From contig RXIG01000022.1 of the NCBI GenBank assembly GCA_004212155.1, positions 1 to 30,458 on the forward strand: a stretch of 30,458 nt of DNA, read 5' to 3'. The notes below the pieces were generated by a model. The model did not search any database, was not told where the DNA came from, and worked only from the letters and a program-made list of their open reading frames with translations. Shown here piece after piece: positions 1 through 8,127 of the stretch. Origin of the DNA: an archaeon (lineage in GTDB: Archaea > Methanobacteriota_B > Thermococci > Methanofastidiosales > NM3). The first letter of the stretch is position 1, and each line of letters opens with the position of its first letter. Position numbers and translations under genes: made by a program.

Positions 1-31
1 ATTTTATATAGTTCGGTTTGCATGGTTTCAC

Positions 32-994
32 ATGGTATCGTTTGAGTCCTACATCCTCAAGCAGCAGTACAAGAAGGTCGCCGCCCTCGGCGACAGGCTG
101 CAGCGTGTCGACGAGCTCATCAACTGGCACCCGTTTCGAAAGATCGTTTCCGGCATCTACGACAACACGTCCTCCAAAGGCGGACGGCCCAACACCGACC
201 CCATCGTCATGATCAAGCTCCTGCTCCTGCAGGCCTGGTACGGCCTCTCCGACCAGGAGATGGAATACCAGTCCACCAATCGCATCGACTTCATACGCTT
301 TCTGGGATTTCCGGACAGGGCTCCGGACTACTCCACCGTCTGGCGCTTCCGAGAGCGGCTCGCCAGGAAGGGAAAGGACCGCGAGATCTGGGACGAGCTG
401 CAGCGCCAGCTCGACGCCCGCGGGCTTTCCGTAAGGAAAGGCGTCATGCAGGACGCCACTTTCATCGCCGCCGACCCCGGCCACGCCAAGGTCGACACAC
501 CGCGCGGGGACGAGACCAGCACGCGCAGGAACAAGGAGGGGACGTGGGTAAAGAAGGGAGGACGCAGCTACTACGGCTACAAGCTCCACTCGAAGGTGGA
601 CCAGGACTTCCAGCTGTTACGCGCGATCGAGACGACGCCCGCCTCGGTGCACGACAGCCAGGTCGACCTCTCGCTTCCCGGAGAGGTCGTCTACCGCGAC
701 CGCGGCTACGCGGGCGCACCGGCGCGCGGCTACGACGCGACGATGGGAAAGGGCGCGCGGTACTGTGTGGTAGGCGTGCGCGGCCAGCTGCGAAACGCGC
801 GCATCAGCAGGAAGCGCACGCCCGTCGAGCGCCACTACGCTGTGATCAAGGCGCGCTACGGTTCGGGCCACGTGCGCGTCACGACGCTTGCGCGAACGCG
901 GGTGAAAAACACGTTCGCATGCTTTTGCTTCAATCCCGACCAGCTCGCCACGCTGTGCCGGCAGGTCACGCCGCGCCGGCAGGGCGCGGCGTGA
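32..994 (+). mobile_element. IS5-family transposase (archaeal type, DUF772 + DDE_Tnp_1); left end of the element lies outside the window
   Basis: 320-aa ORF with GGRP..DP..M.K.LLLQAWYGLSD, PDYSTVWRFRERL, DDE residues (QDATFI, YRDRGY, RTPVERHY) and YYGYKLH. TATA-like TTTTATATA at 2-10. Confidence 0.93.
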
Positions 995-1119
995 CCTGCC
1001 CAGTGCGAGCTATCGTTCCGGGGGCAAAAAGGCCCGGAAGGAACGAAAAAAAAGACAAAACGGTGTCGCATATGGCTGATTTTTGGGAATATAGTAAGGG
1101 GAAAGTTAGAAAAGCTACT

Positions 1120-1133
1120 TAATCATAATCCTC
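1120..1133. repeat. Candidate right terminal inverted repeat of the IS5 element (TAATCATAATCCTC)
   Basis: About 125 nt past the transposase stop and resembles from memory the TAATC...CCTC ends of archaeal IS5 elements. The partner left IR is not in the window, so it cannot be confirmed. Confidence 0.4.
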
Positions 1134-1138
1134 TCAAT

Positions 1139-1183
1139 ATAAAAAAAATAAAAAAACAAAAATAGAAAAAAATAAAGGAAAAT
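1139..1183 (-). terminator. Oligo-T tracts (archaeal intrinsic terminator) for glnA
   Basis: Several runs of 4-8 A on + (T on -) beginning just after the glnA stop at 1191. Confidence 0.6.
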
Positions 1184-1190
1184 AGACGCG

Positions 1191-2516
1191 CTACACGCCG
1201 ATGTAGTTCTCGACCTCCCAGTCCGAGACGTTGGTCTTGTACTGCTTCCACTCGAGGTTCTTGGCGGCCAGGAAGTGCTGGTAGGCGATGGTGCCCATGG
1301 CCTTGTGGATGACCTCGTCCTTCTCGAGCTCGAAGAGTGCCTCCTGGAGGGTGGACGGCAACATGCCGAGGCCGATGTCGTCGCGCTCCTTCTTGTCGAT
1401 CTTGTAGATGTTCTTGTCGATGGAGTCTCCCGGGTCGATCTTGTTCCTGATGCCGTCGACGCCGGCCGAGAGCATCACGGCGAACGCGAGGTAGGGATTG
1501 CACGACGAGTCGGGTGAGCGAAGCTCTGCGCGGCGCGCCTTTGGCGTCGCGGCGGGGATGCGAACGAGCGACGAGCGATTGCGCTGGCCCCAGATCATAT
1601 AGATTGGCGCCTCATAACCCGGGACCAGGCGCTTGTACGAGTTGACCGTTGGATTGGTGACCGCTGTAAGGGCCTTTGCATGCTTGAGGATGCCTCCGAT
1701 GTAGTAGCGGGCCGTATCCGAGAGCTCCCCCTCGTCGTTGAAGACGTTTTTGCCGTTCTTCGTGTCGTAGATCGACTGGTTGACGTGCATCCCGTTTCCC
1801 GCCTTGCCGGTAAACGGCTTGGGCATGAACGTCGCCACCGTCTCGTACTGGCGCGCGATCATCTTGACGATGAACTTGTAGGTGATGACCTGGTCGGCGA
1901 TCGGCAGCGCGTCGCCGAACTTGAAGTCGATCTCGTGCTGGCCGTTTCCCACCTCGTGGTGCTCCACCTCGAAGTCGATGCCCATGTCCATCATGGCAAG
2001 GGCGCTGTCCTTGCGGATGTCCTCTGCCAGGTCGAGCGGAGAGAAGTCGAAGTAGGAGCCGCGGTCGTGGGGCTCATAGCCCCGCTCCGTCTGTTTGAGC
2101 AGGTAGAACTCGAGCTCGGGGCCGACGTTGAACTGCATGTCCTGGCCGAGCGTGTCCTTCATGTAGTTGATGGAGCGCTTGAGCACGTAGCGCGGGTCGC
2201 CCGCGAACGGCTGCTTACCGTCGTAGGTGTAGACGTCGCATATGATGCGCCCCGTCTTCTTGTTGTGGTTGACCCAGGGAAAGATGCTAAACGTCGAGAG
2301 GTCGGGGCGAAGCATCATGTCAGACTCCTGGATACGGGCGTAGCCCTCGACGGACGAGCCGTCGAACATGGCACCGTCGTCCATGACGTCGCCGAGGTTC
2401 TTCGAGGGTATGGCCATGTTCTTGACAGTGCCGTTGATGTCGACGAACTGCAGGCGTATGAACTTTACGTTTTGTCGTTCTATCGTGTTGAACACTTCTT
2501 CTTCCAATCCATTCAC
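1191..2516 (-). CDS. glnA: Glutamine synthetase type I (alpha-like)
   Basis: FIRLQFVDING, MFDGSSVEGYARIQESDM, HHEVGNGQHEIDF, TFMPKP..GKAGNGMH, NSYKRLVPGYEAP, NRSSLVRIP, ELRSPDSSCNPYL. GTG start at 2516 has AGGTGA upstream and gives 441 aa. Confidence 0.97.
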   Translation of the reverse strand: MNGLEEEVFNTIERQNVKFIRLQFVDINGTVKNMAIPSKNLGDVMDDGAMFDGSSVEGYARIQESDMMLRPDLSTFSIFPWVNHNKKTGRIICDVYTYDGKQPFAGDPRYVLKRSINYMKDTLGQDMQFNVGPELEFYLLKQTERGYEPHDRGSYFDFSPLDLAEDIRKDSALAMMDMGIDFEVEHHEVGNGQHEIDFKFGDALPIADQVITYKFIVKMIARQYETVATFMPKPFTGKAGNGMHVNQSIYDTKNGKNVFNDEGELSDTARYYIGGILKHAKALTAVTNPTVNSYKRLVPGYEAPIYMIWGQRNRSSLVRIPAATPKARRAELRSPDSSCNPYLAFAVMLSAGVDGIRNKIDPGDSIDKNIYKIDKKERDDIGLGMLPSTLQEALFELEKDEVIHKAMGTIAYQHFLAAKNLEWKQYKTNVSDWEVENYIGV

Positions 2517-2747
2517 GTGGTTCACCTGTATACGTTTGAGTTTGCTAAAGTGTATGCATATAAAAAGCTTTTCCTCGACATATGAACAGTATGAAAAATA
2601 AAATATGAATATTCGTTTAAAATTGCACAAAACGTGCATAGCGTTGATGAGTAATGATAAAGATAAAAAGATATAAAAATAGTAAAATATAATACCAATA
2701 CCTTTTATATATTGAAGGCAATGATAAATAACAATCAAGGTGAGCAT

Positions 2748-3137
2748 ATGGAACAGGGTCTTGAAGAGAGCATTCTCGACTACCTCAAAACGACCGATGC
2801 GGGGGCCACGGCAAGCGAGATCTCGCGTGCGCTTGACATCAATCGCATGACGGCGGTCAAGTACCTCGAGGTAATGAGGGCTACAGGTCTTGTCGACTTT
2901 CGCAAGGTCGGCATGGCTAAGCAGTACTATGCGACATCCAATCTGTCATACGCCCAGGCGGCGCTCCTGCTGCAGGCCAGGCAGCTCCTCCACTCCATTG
3001 AGACTGTCGACGACCACCTCGAGGTCTTCCGGGACACGATCACGAGCCATCTGGAGATCATCGCCTCCTACAAGAAGCAGGACAGGCAAAAGTTTTTGAA
3101 CATCATCGAAGAAGCAAGGGAAGAGTTATCGAAATAA
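2748..3137 (+). CDS. Winged helix-turn-helix protein, probable transcriptional regulator, with helical C-terminal domain
   Basis: ILDYLK..GATASEISRALDINRMTAVKYLEVMRATGLVDFRKVGMAKQYY is a wHTH pattern. AGGTGA RBS at 2738-2743. Divergent from glnA. Confidence 0.8.
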   Translation: MEQGLEESILDYLKTTDAGATASEISRALDINRMTAVKYLEVMRATGLVDFRKVGMAKQYYATSNLSYAQAALLLQARQLLHSIETVDDHLEVFRDTITSHLEIIASYKKQDRQKFLNIIEEAREELSK

Positions 3138-3150
3138 GTAGTTGGCGAAC

Positions 3151-4047
3151 ATGAAGCGCTTCATCATCACGCTCATTCTCATCCTGCTCACGATCTCCCT
3201 CGTGGACGCGCAGGAGTTCTCCCCCACCGTCGACATGACGTCGCCCGAAGGCGCCGTGGTGGGAGGCACGTTTGACATCGACGTCGTCATTTCGGACACC
3301 TACATCGAGAACGCGACCTTCGAGGTCCCTGAGGAGTCGTCGCCCGGATGGGGCGAGGTCGAGCAGGGGTACTTCACCTTCAGCCCGCGAGAGCACACCA
3401 TCGACGTGCTCACCGAAGATGAGACGAAGACGCTCACGTTTTCCGTAACGGTCTCGGATGACGCGCCGGAAAAGGTGTTTTCCATACCGCTCGCGTTCTA
3501 CGGCAAGGCGGGCGAGTGCGCCGAGGGATGCAGGCCGTTCAGGCTCACCTACGAGGTGTCGGTCGAGACGGTCGACATTGGCATCGCCGAAGATCGCATC
3601 GATCAGGGCGACACGGCGTATTCCAACGAATCGTACGCCGCGGCCAAGGTCTACTACGAGCAGGCGCTCACGCGCTACCAGAAGGCGGGAAACGACGACA
3701 TGGCAGCATCCATCCGGGACATGATCGACGACTGCGAGACGGGAGCCGAGGCGAAACAGCTCTTCGATGCCGCAATGAACAAGCACGCGGCGGGCAATCT
3801 CGAGGGCGCATGCAGGGATTTCGCCGACGCAAAGGAGCTCTACCAGGAGCTTGGCAACGAGGAAAAGATAGCAACGATAGACGGCTACCTCGAAGAGTGC
3901 GGGACCGTGACACCCGCGCCTGGCGATGACAACGGCGCCGGCACGACGACCTACCTGCTCATCGGGCTCGTCCTCGTCGTCATATTCATCGGCATCGTGG
4001 CCGTGCGCGCATACGCGCTCAAGGCGGCAGTAAAAAAGTATAAATAA
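3151..4047 (+). CDS. Secreted, C-terminally anchored surface protein (Ig-like domain + TPR-like helices)
   Basis: Signal peptide MKRFIITLILILLTISLVDA, acidic beta-rich domain, TPR-like repeats (GDTAYSNESYAAAKVYYEQALTRY), C-terminal TM helix and basic tail. Confidence 0.8.
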   Translation: MKRFIITLILILLTISLVDAQEFSPTVDMTSPEGAVVGGTFDIDVVISDTYIENATFEVPEESSPGWGEVEQGYFTFSPREHTIDVLTEDETKTLTFSVTVSDDAPEKVFSIPLAFYGKAGECAEGCRPFRLTYEVSVETVDIGIAEDRIDQGDTAYSNESYAAAKVYYEQALTRYQKAGNDDMAASIRDMIDDCETGAEAKQLFDAAMNKHAAGNLEGACRDFADAKELYQELGNEEKIATIDGYLEECGTVTPAPGDDNGAGTTTYLLIGLVLVVIFIGIVAVRAYALKAAVKKYK

Positions 4048-4068
4048 AGAACACTGCCCATATAGCTC

Positions 4069-5334
4069 ATGCGACGACGCTGGCTTATCGTCTTGATGGT
4101 GCTCGGACTGTTTCTCGTGCCAATGCTGCCCGCGACGGCAGACGAACCCTACACACCGCCCACCATCTCCATCGATGCACCGACCTCCGTAACCCCCAAT
4201 ACCAACGTGAATCTGAAGGTAACGATCGTCAACACGACCGGAACGCGCATGTGGCGCAGCAAGGTCTCACTTGACATCAACAGCATCCCTTCTTCGGTGC
4301 GCCAGTACCTCCAGTTCTACGAGACCGAGTACGAGCTTACCAAGTACAAGGAGGATATGCACGGCCACGACCGCATGGAACCGTCCGAATCGATCACGAA
4401 GACGTTTCGTGTCAAGGTCACCAACGAGGCACCAGCCATGACGATACCGCTCTACGTCACGCTCGAGACCGAGGTCGGCGAGTGCGAGGAGGGATGCGCC
4501 CCGTACTTCAGGACGGTTGAGGTACCCATACAGGTGATACGCAACGCGCCAAGCGTCATCCTCGACCTCGATTCCGAGGGCATCGCCCTCCAGGCGGGCG
4601 AATGCGAGATCGCCAAGGGCAGCTTTTCTGTGAACTACACGCTCACGAACGGATCGGACTACACCGCCTTCAACGTGAACGTCAACATCGAGTCGCCCGA
4701 CATTCAGCTCTCCACATCGATCACGCCCCAGATGCCGCTGACATCCATGGGTCCGGAGGACGAGGTGACGGGCACGGCATATATGGTCACAGGACACATC
4801 TCCCCCGGAACGTACTCGATCACCATCGTAGCGACATACCAGGACTGGTACGGCAAGGAGTTCATTGCGAGCGCCCCCCTCACGATCACCGTGGCCACCG
4901 ATGCATATGACCTCTATGCACAGGGCGAGCGCCTCATCGCCGCGTGCGAGTACGACGCTGCGCGCGACTACCTCACCGAGGCGCGCGACACGTACCAGGA
5001 GGGCGGCAACGTCACCATGACGCACCTGTGCGAGGAGCTCATATCGCTTTCCTACGGCCATGAAACACTCCTATCCGCACAGGAAGCGTATTACAACGGC
5101 GATTACGAGGACGCTCTCGCAGGCTTTACCACTGCCAAGGGACACTACGCCTCGGCGGATGACTGCCCGGGCAAGGAGCTTGCAGAAGAGGGCATATCGG
5201 CATGCAACGCCGCGCTCTCGGGCGTCGCGCCCATTGACGAGGGTGACGAGGGGGGGATGTCGACGCTCGAGCTTTCCCTGATCGTTGTAGTGCTGGTGCT
5301 TGCCGGGCTGCTCGTGCTCTCCCTGAGAAAGTGA
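4069..5334 (+). CDS. Secreted, C-terminally anchored surface protein (two Ig-like/CARDB-like domains + TPR-like helices), paralogue of the upstream gene
   Basis: Signal peptide MRRRWLIVLMVLGLFLVPMLPATA, beta domains (ISPGTYSITIVATYQD), TPR-like helices (YYNGDYEDALAGFTTAKGHY), C-terminal TM helix + RK. Confidence 0.8.
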   Translation: MRRRWLIVLMVLGLFLVPMLPATADEPYTPPTISIDAPTSVTPNTNVNLKVTIVNTTGTRMWRSKVSLDINSIPSSVRQYLQFYETEYELTKYKEDMHGHDRMEPSESITKTFRVKVTNEAPAMTIPLYVTLETEVGECEEGCAPYFRTVEVPIQVIRNAPSVILDLDSEGIALQAGECEIAKGSFSVNYTLTNGSDYTAFNVNVNIESPDIQLSTSITPQMPLTSMGPEDEVTGTAYMVTGHISPGTYSITIVATYQDWYGKEFIASAPLTITVATDAYDLYAQGERLIAACEYDAARDYLTEARDTYQEGGNVTMTHLCEELISLSYGHETLLSAQEAYYNGDYEDALAGFTTAKGHYASADDCPGKELAEEGISACNAALSGVAPIDEGDEGGMSTLELSLIVVVLVLAGLLVLSLRK

Positions 5335-5335
5335 C

Positions 5336-5512
5336 CTAGACACCGCGTCCCGACAACGTATCCTTTCGCTCGGCGACCGTGACGATGCCGACGAGTATGA
5401 TGCCTGCATATCCGAGCAATACGACCTCCGACATGACCTCGGGCGTCTCGATGGCCGCCACGACAAGGGCGCATAGGAAGGCACATACCACAAACAGTTT
5501 GCACAGCATCAT
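5336..5512 (-). CDS. Small 58-aa putative two-TM membrane protein (not in ORF track)
   Basis: Read by hand: MMLCKLFVVCAFLCALVVAAIETPEVMSEVVLLGYAGIILVGIVTVAERKDTLSGRGV*. GAGGA upstream; exactly fills the gap with its stop 1 nt from the convergent stop at 5334. Confidence 0.55.
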   Translation of the reverse strand: MMLCKLFVVCAFLCALVVAAIETPEVMSEVVLLGYAGIILVGIVTVAERKDTLSGRGV

Positions 5513-5663
5513 ATATCCTCGCGTTCCACGATAAAAAGATATCGTTTGATACTCCTATTGCTCATCAATACTATATAAATCTTGCTATCAATTATACACC
5601 ATTTCATGCAAAGCGCGCACATACATAAGAATTATAAACAAGGGCATGGTAGAGTGTCGTGCT

Positions 5664-6818
5664 ATGCCCACCAACGTGACATACGAGTATATCAAGGCCG
5701 AGGAGGAGTACCACAACGCCTCCACGGACAGGGAGCGGATGCAGGCGCTCGAGAAGATGCTTACCGCCGTGCCCAAGCACAAGGGCACCGAGAAGCTCAT
5801 CCTCCAGATCAAGCGAAAGGTCACGAAACTGAAAAAGGAGATGGAGGCCAAGGAGGCGAAGAAGGGCGGCGGCAAGGGCTTCAACATCCGCAAGGAGGGT
5901 GCCGCGCAGATCGTGCTCGTCGGACAGCCCAACGCAGGCAAGTCGTCGCTTTTGCAAAAGATCACCAACGCCGACGTCGAGGTGGGAAACTACCCCTTCA
6001 CCACCGTCGACCTCATACCCGGCATGCTCAAGACCCACGACATACAGATACAGCTCGTAGAGGTGCCGGGCATCATCGAGGGTGTCTCGTCGGGCAAGGG
6101 CATGGGGCTGCAGCTCATGTCGTCGATACGCACGTCCGATGCGCTTCTTATCGTCCTTGACGGGAGCAACGAGCCAGCACGCCAGCTCCGTTCCATCCTC
6201 TTCGAGCTCGACCGCGGCGGCATCAAGATCAACAGGCGCCGCCCTGACATCGAGGTGCAAAAGCACGTCACGGGCGGCATCGAGATCGTCGGCAAGAACC
6301 ACATCGAGGGCAGCGTCAAGGACGTCAAGGAGATATTTACCGACTTTCGCATCACGTCGGGGCGCGTCGTGATCCGCGAGGACGTGACGCTTACCGAGAT
6401 CCAAGAGGCGCTCGAGGAGTCCACCGCCTACAAGCGCGCCATCGTGGCAGTGACCAAGGCAGACATGTTCGGGCCCTCCGTCATAGAGGAGCTCAGGCGG
6501 GAGTTTCCCCAGTTCTCATTCTTTCCCGTCTGCATCTACACGGAGCAGGGGCTTGACGCGCTCAATGACGAGATATACGTCGTGGCAAACATCAAGCGCA
6601 TATTCACCAAGAGCCCTGGCGAGAAACCCGCCTATCCCCCGGTAGCGCTCAAGAAGGACGCCACCGTGCTCGACGTGGCAAAGAAGGTGCACAAGTCCAT
6701 AGCAAAGAACTTCAAGTACGCAAAAGTATGGGGTACGTCGGTAAAGTTCGATGCTCAGCGCGTGGGCGAGGACCACGTGCCAAACGACGGCGACACCGTC
6801 GAGATTCACATCAAGTAG
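5664..6818 (+). CDS. DRG/Obg-family GTP-binding protein with C-terminal TGS domain
   Basis: PKHKGTEKL, G1 GQPNAGKS, G2 YPFTT, G3 variant EVPG, G4 TKAD, TGS (FKYAKVWG.S.KFDAQRVG..H...DGDTVEIH). Confidence 0.95.
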   Translation: MPTNVTYEYIKAEEEYHNASTDRERMQALEKMLTAVPKHKGTEKLILQIKRKVTKLKKEMEAKEAKKGGGKGFNIRKEGAAQIVLVGQPNAGKSSLLQKITNADVEVGNYPFTTVDLIPGMLKTHDIQIQLVEVPGIIEGVSSGKGMGLQLMSSIRTSDALLIVLDGSNEPARQLRSILFELDRGGIKINRRRPDIEVQKHVTGGIEIVGKNHIEGSVKDVKEIFTDFRITSGRVVIREDVTLTEIQEALEESTAYKRAIVAVTKADMFGPSVIEELRREFPQFSFFPVCIYTEQGLDALNDEIYVVANIKRIFTKSPGEKPAYPPVALKKDATVLDVAKKVHKSIAKNFKYAKVWGTSVKFDAQRVGEDHVPNDGDTVEIHIK

Positions 6819-7279
6819 CCGCGCACGTCTGCAAGCGAATGGATGTCGCGCCCGAGGCAAAGCGCCGTGATGCCGAGCGCGCGTGCCAGGATGACATTTT
6901 TGAGGTCGTCGTCAACAAATATCATGTCACGATAGCCCATGCCGTTCCTTTGCAGCGACAGGTGGAGGCGTCGCAGCATCTCACGCTTGGATATCGTGGC
7001 GATCTGCGGCCGGAAGAATCGGTCGCCAAGCCCGAGCGCACGCAGCGCGTGCTGCGCGTGGAGTGGAAGATTGAACGATGCTATCGAGACGACGACGCCG
7101 CGGTCGCGCAGCTCGTCGAGAAGCGGCCTCGCATCGGGGCGGAGGTGGAGCAGCCTTCCGCGCGCGTCGCGCAGCGTGTCCTCGGAAACGCGCGTGAAAG
7201 GAAGCGAGAGGAACGAGACGCACCCGCCGTCGCAGGTCCAGAGCGTGTCGTCGAGGTCAAGCACCACTGCGCACGCCAC
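6806..7279 (-). CDS. Magnesium-dependent phosphatase-1 (HAD subfamily IIIC)
   Basis: HAD motif I VVLDLDDTLW, motif II SIASFN, motif IV IFVDDD..N. Confidence 0.85.
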   Translation of the reverse strand: MACAVVLDLDDTLWTCDGGCVSFLSLPFTRVSEDTLRDARGRLLHLRPDARPLLDELRDRGVVVSIASFNLPLHAQHALRALGLGDRFFRPQIATISKREMLRRLHLSLQRNGMGYRDMIFVDDDLKNVILARALGITALCLGRDIHSLADVRGYLM

Positions 7280-7805
7280 AGGCGGCCACCGCCCCCCATA
7301 TCGCTATGAGCCCGCCGAGGATGAGCAGGACGCGTCCGGCGGGTATCGCCTGGACGACGTTCCAGAGCATCTCGGGCACCGAATCGGTCTCCGAGACGCC
7401 AAAGTACGCCTGCCCGTCCCTGACGATGTAGACATGCCCGGGCTGCACGACCACCTCGGACTCCTGGTTGAGGTACGCGTTGAGCGAGCGTGTCAGGATG
7501 GCGCGGTCCTCGCAGTCGCCCGCGCCGCGCAGGATGGTCTCGGAGGGGTGCGCCCAGTACTCGAGGTTGCCGTACACGTCGTAGTCGCTTTTCCAGGGGA
7601 TGTTTCGTGCGACCCACGACTCGGGCTGCTCGCCCGTGATGAGGAGGTGGTCGCCGACGAGCGTGACGAGCTCATCGTCGGGGTCGACAAGCGCGTCGAG
7701 GCCGTCGAGCTCGCGCTGCACCTGCACAACGCCAAGCGGCACGTTGGGGTAAAGCACGAGAAGCACCCATGCCACCGAGAGCACGACTCCTATGATCTTT
7801 CGCAT
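7257..7805 (-). CDS. Membrane-anchored transglutaminase-like cysteine peptidase domain protein
   Basis: YWAHPSETILRGAGDCEDRAIL motif, downstream PGHVYI, N- and C-terminal TM segments. Confidence 0.75.
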   Translation of the reverse strand: MRKIIGVVLSVAWVLLVLYPNVPLGVVQVQRELDGLDALVDPDDELVTLVGDHLLITGEQPESWVARNIPWKSDYDVYGNLEYWAHPSETILRGAGDCEDRAILTRSLNAYLNQESEVVVQPGHVYIVRDGQAYFGVSETDSVPEMLWNVVQAIPAGRVLLILGGLIAIWGAVAACGVRSGA

Positions 7806-7914
7806 ATCCCCATTTTCACGCATCGCTTAATAAATCTGATGAAAAATATCCCTGAAAAGACCACTTCCGCACATAAACAGAAAACTATATATGAGTGGCA
7901 ACGCTCTATTTCTT

Positions 7915-8127
7915 ATGCACGACGATATCGAGAGGATCTATGAAATATTAGAGGAGATACGGTCCGAACTGCGTGAATTGAAGGAGCTTCAAAAGTCGTC
8001 CCAGCACTCGTCGTCCCACGAGGAGGTCGGTCGCAGGATATCCTCGCCGCCCACGAGCAGCAACTACGTGGAGATCCGAGAGAAGAGCAAATGGGACAGC
8101 TCGTCGATCGATGGCCTCATAGAGTGA
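7915..8127 (+). CDS. Small hypothetical protein with N-terminal coiled coil
   Basis: IYEILEEIRSELRELKELQK heptads. TATA about 25 nt upstream. Stop overlaps the nnr ATG (TGATG). Confidence 0.65.
   Translation: MHDDIERIYEILEEIRSELRELKELQKSSQHSSSHEEVGRRISSPPTSSNYVEIREKSKWDSSSIDGLIE

Noticed and set aside
1680-2585. 301-aa ORF antisense to glnA (likewise 6939-7943, 13430-14506, 15452-16384, 19724-20674, 29420-30166)
   Set aside because: All overlap well-supported genes and have shadow-ORF composition.
2517-2747. 77-codon N-terminal extension of glnA in the ORF track
   Set aside because: AT-rich, low-complexity translation of the promoter region; the RBS and typical GS length support GTG at 2516.
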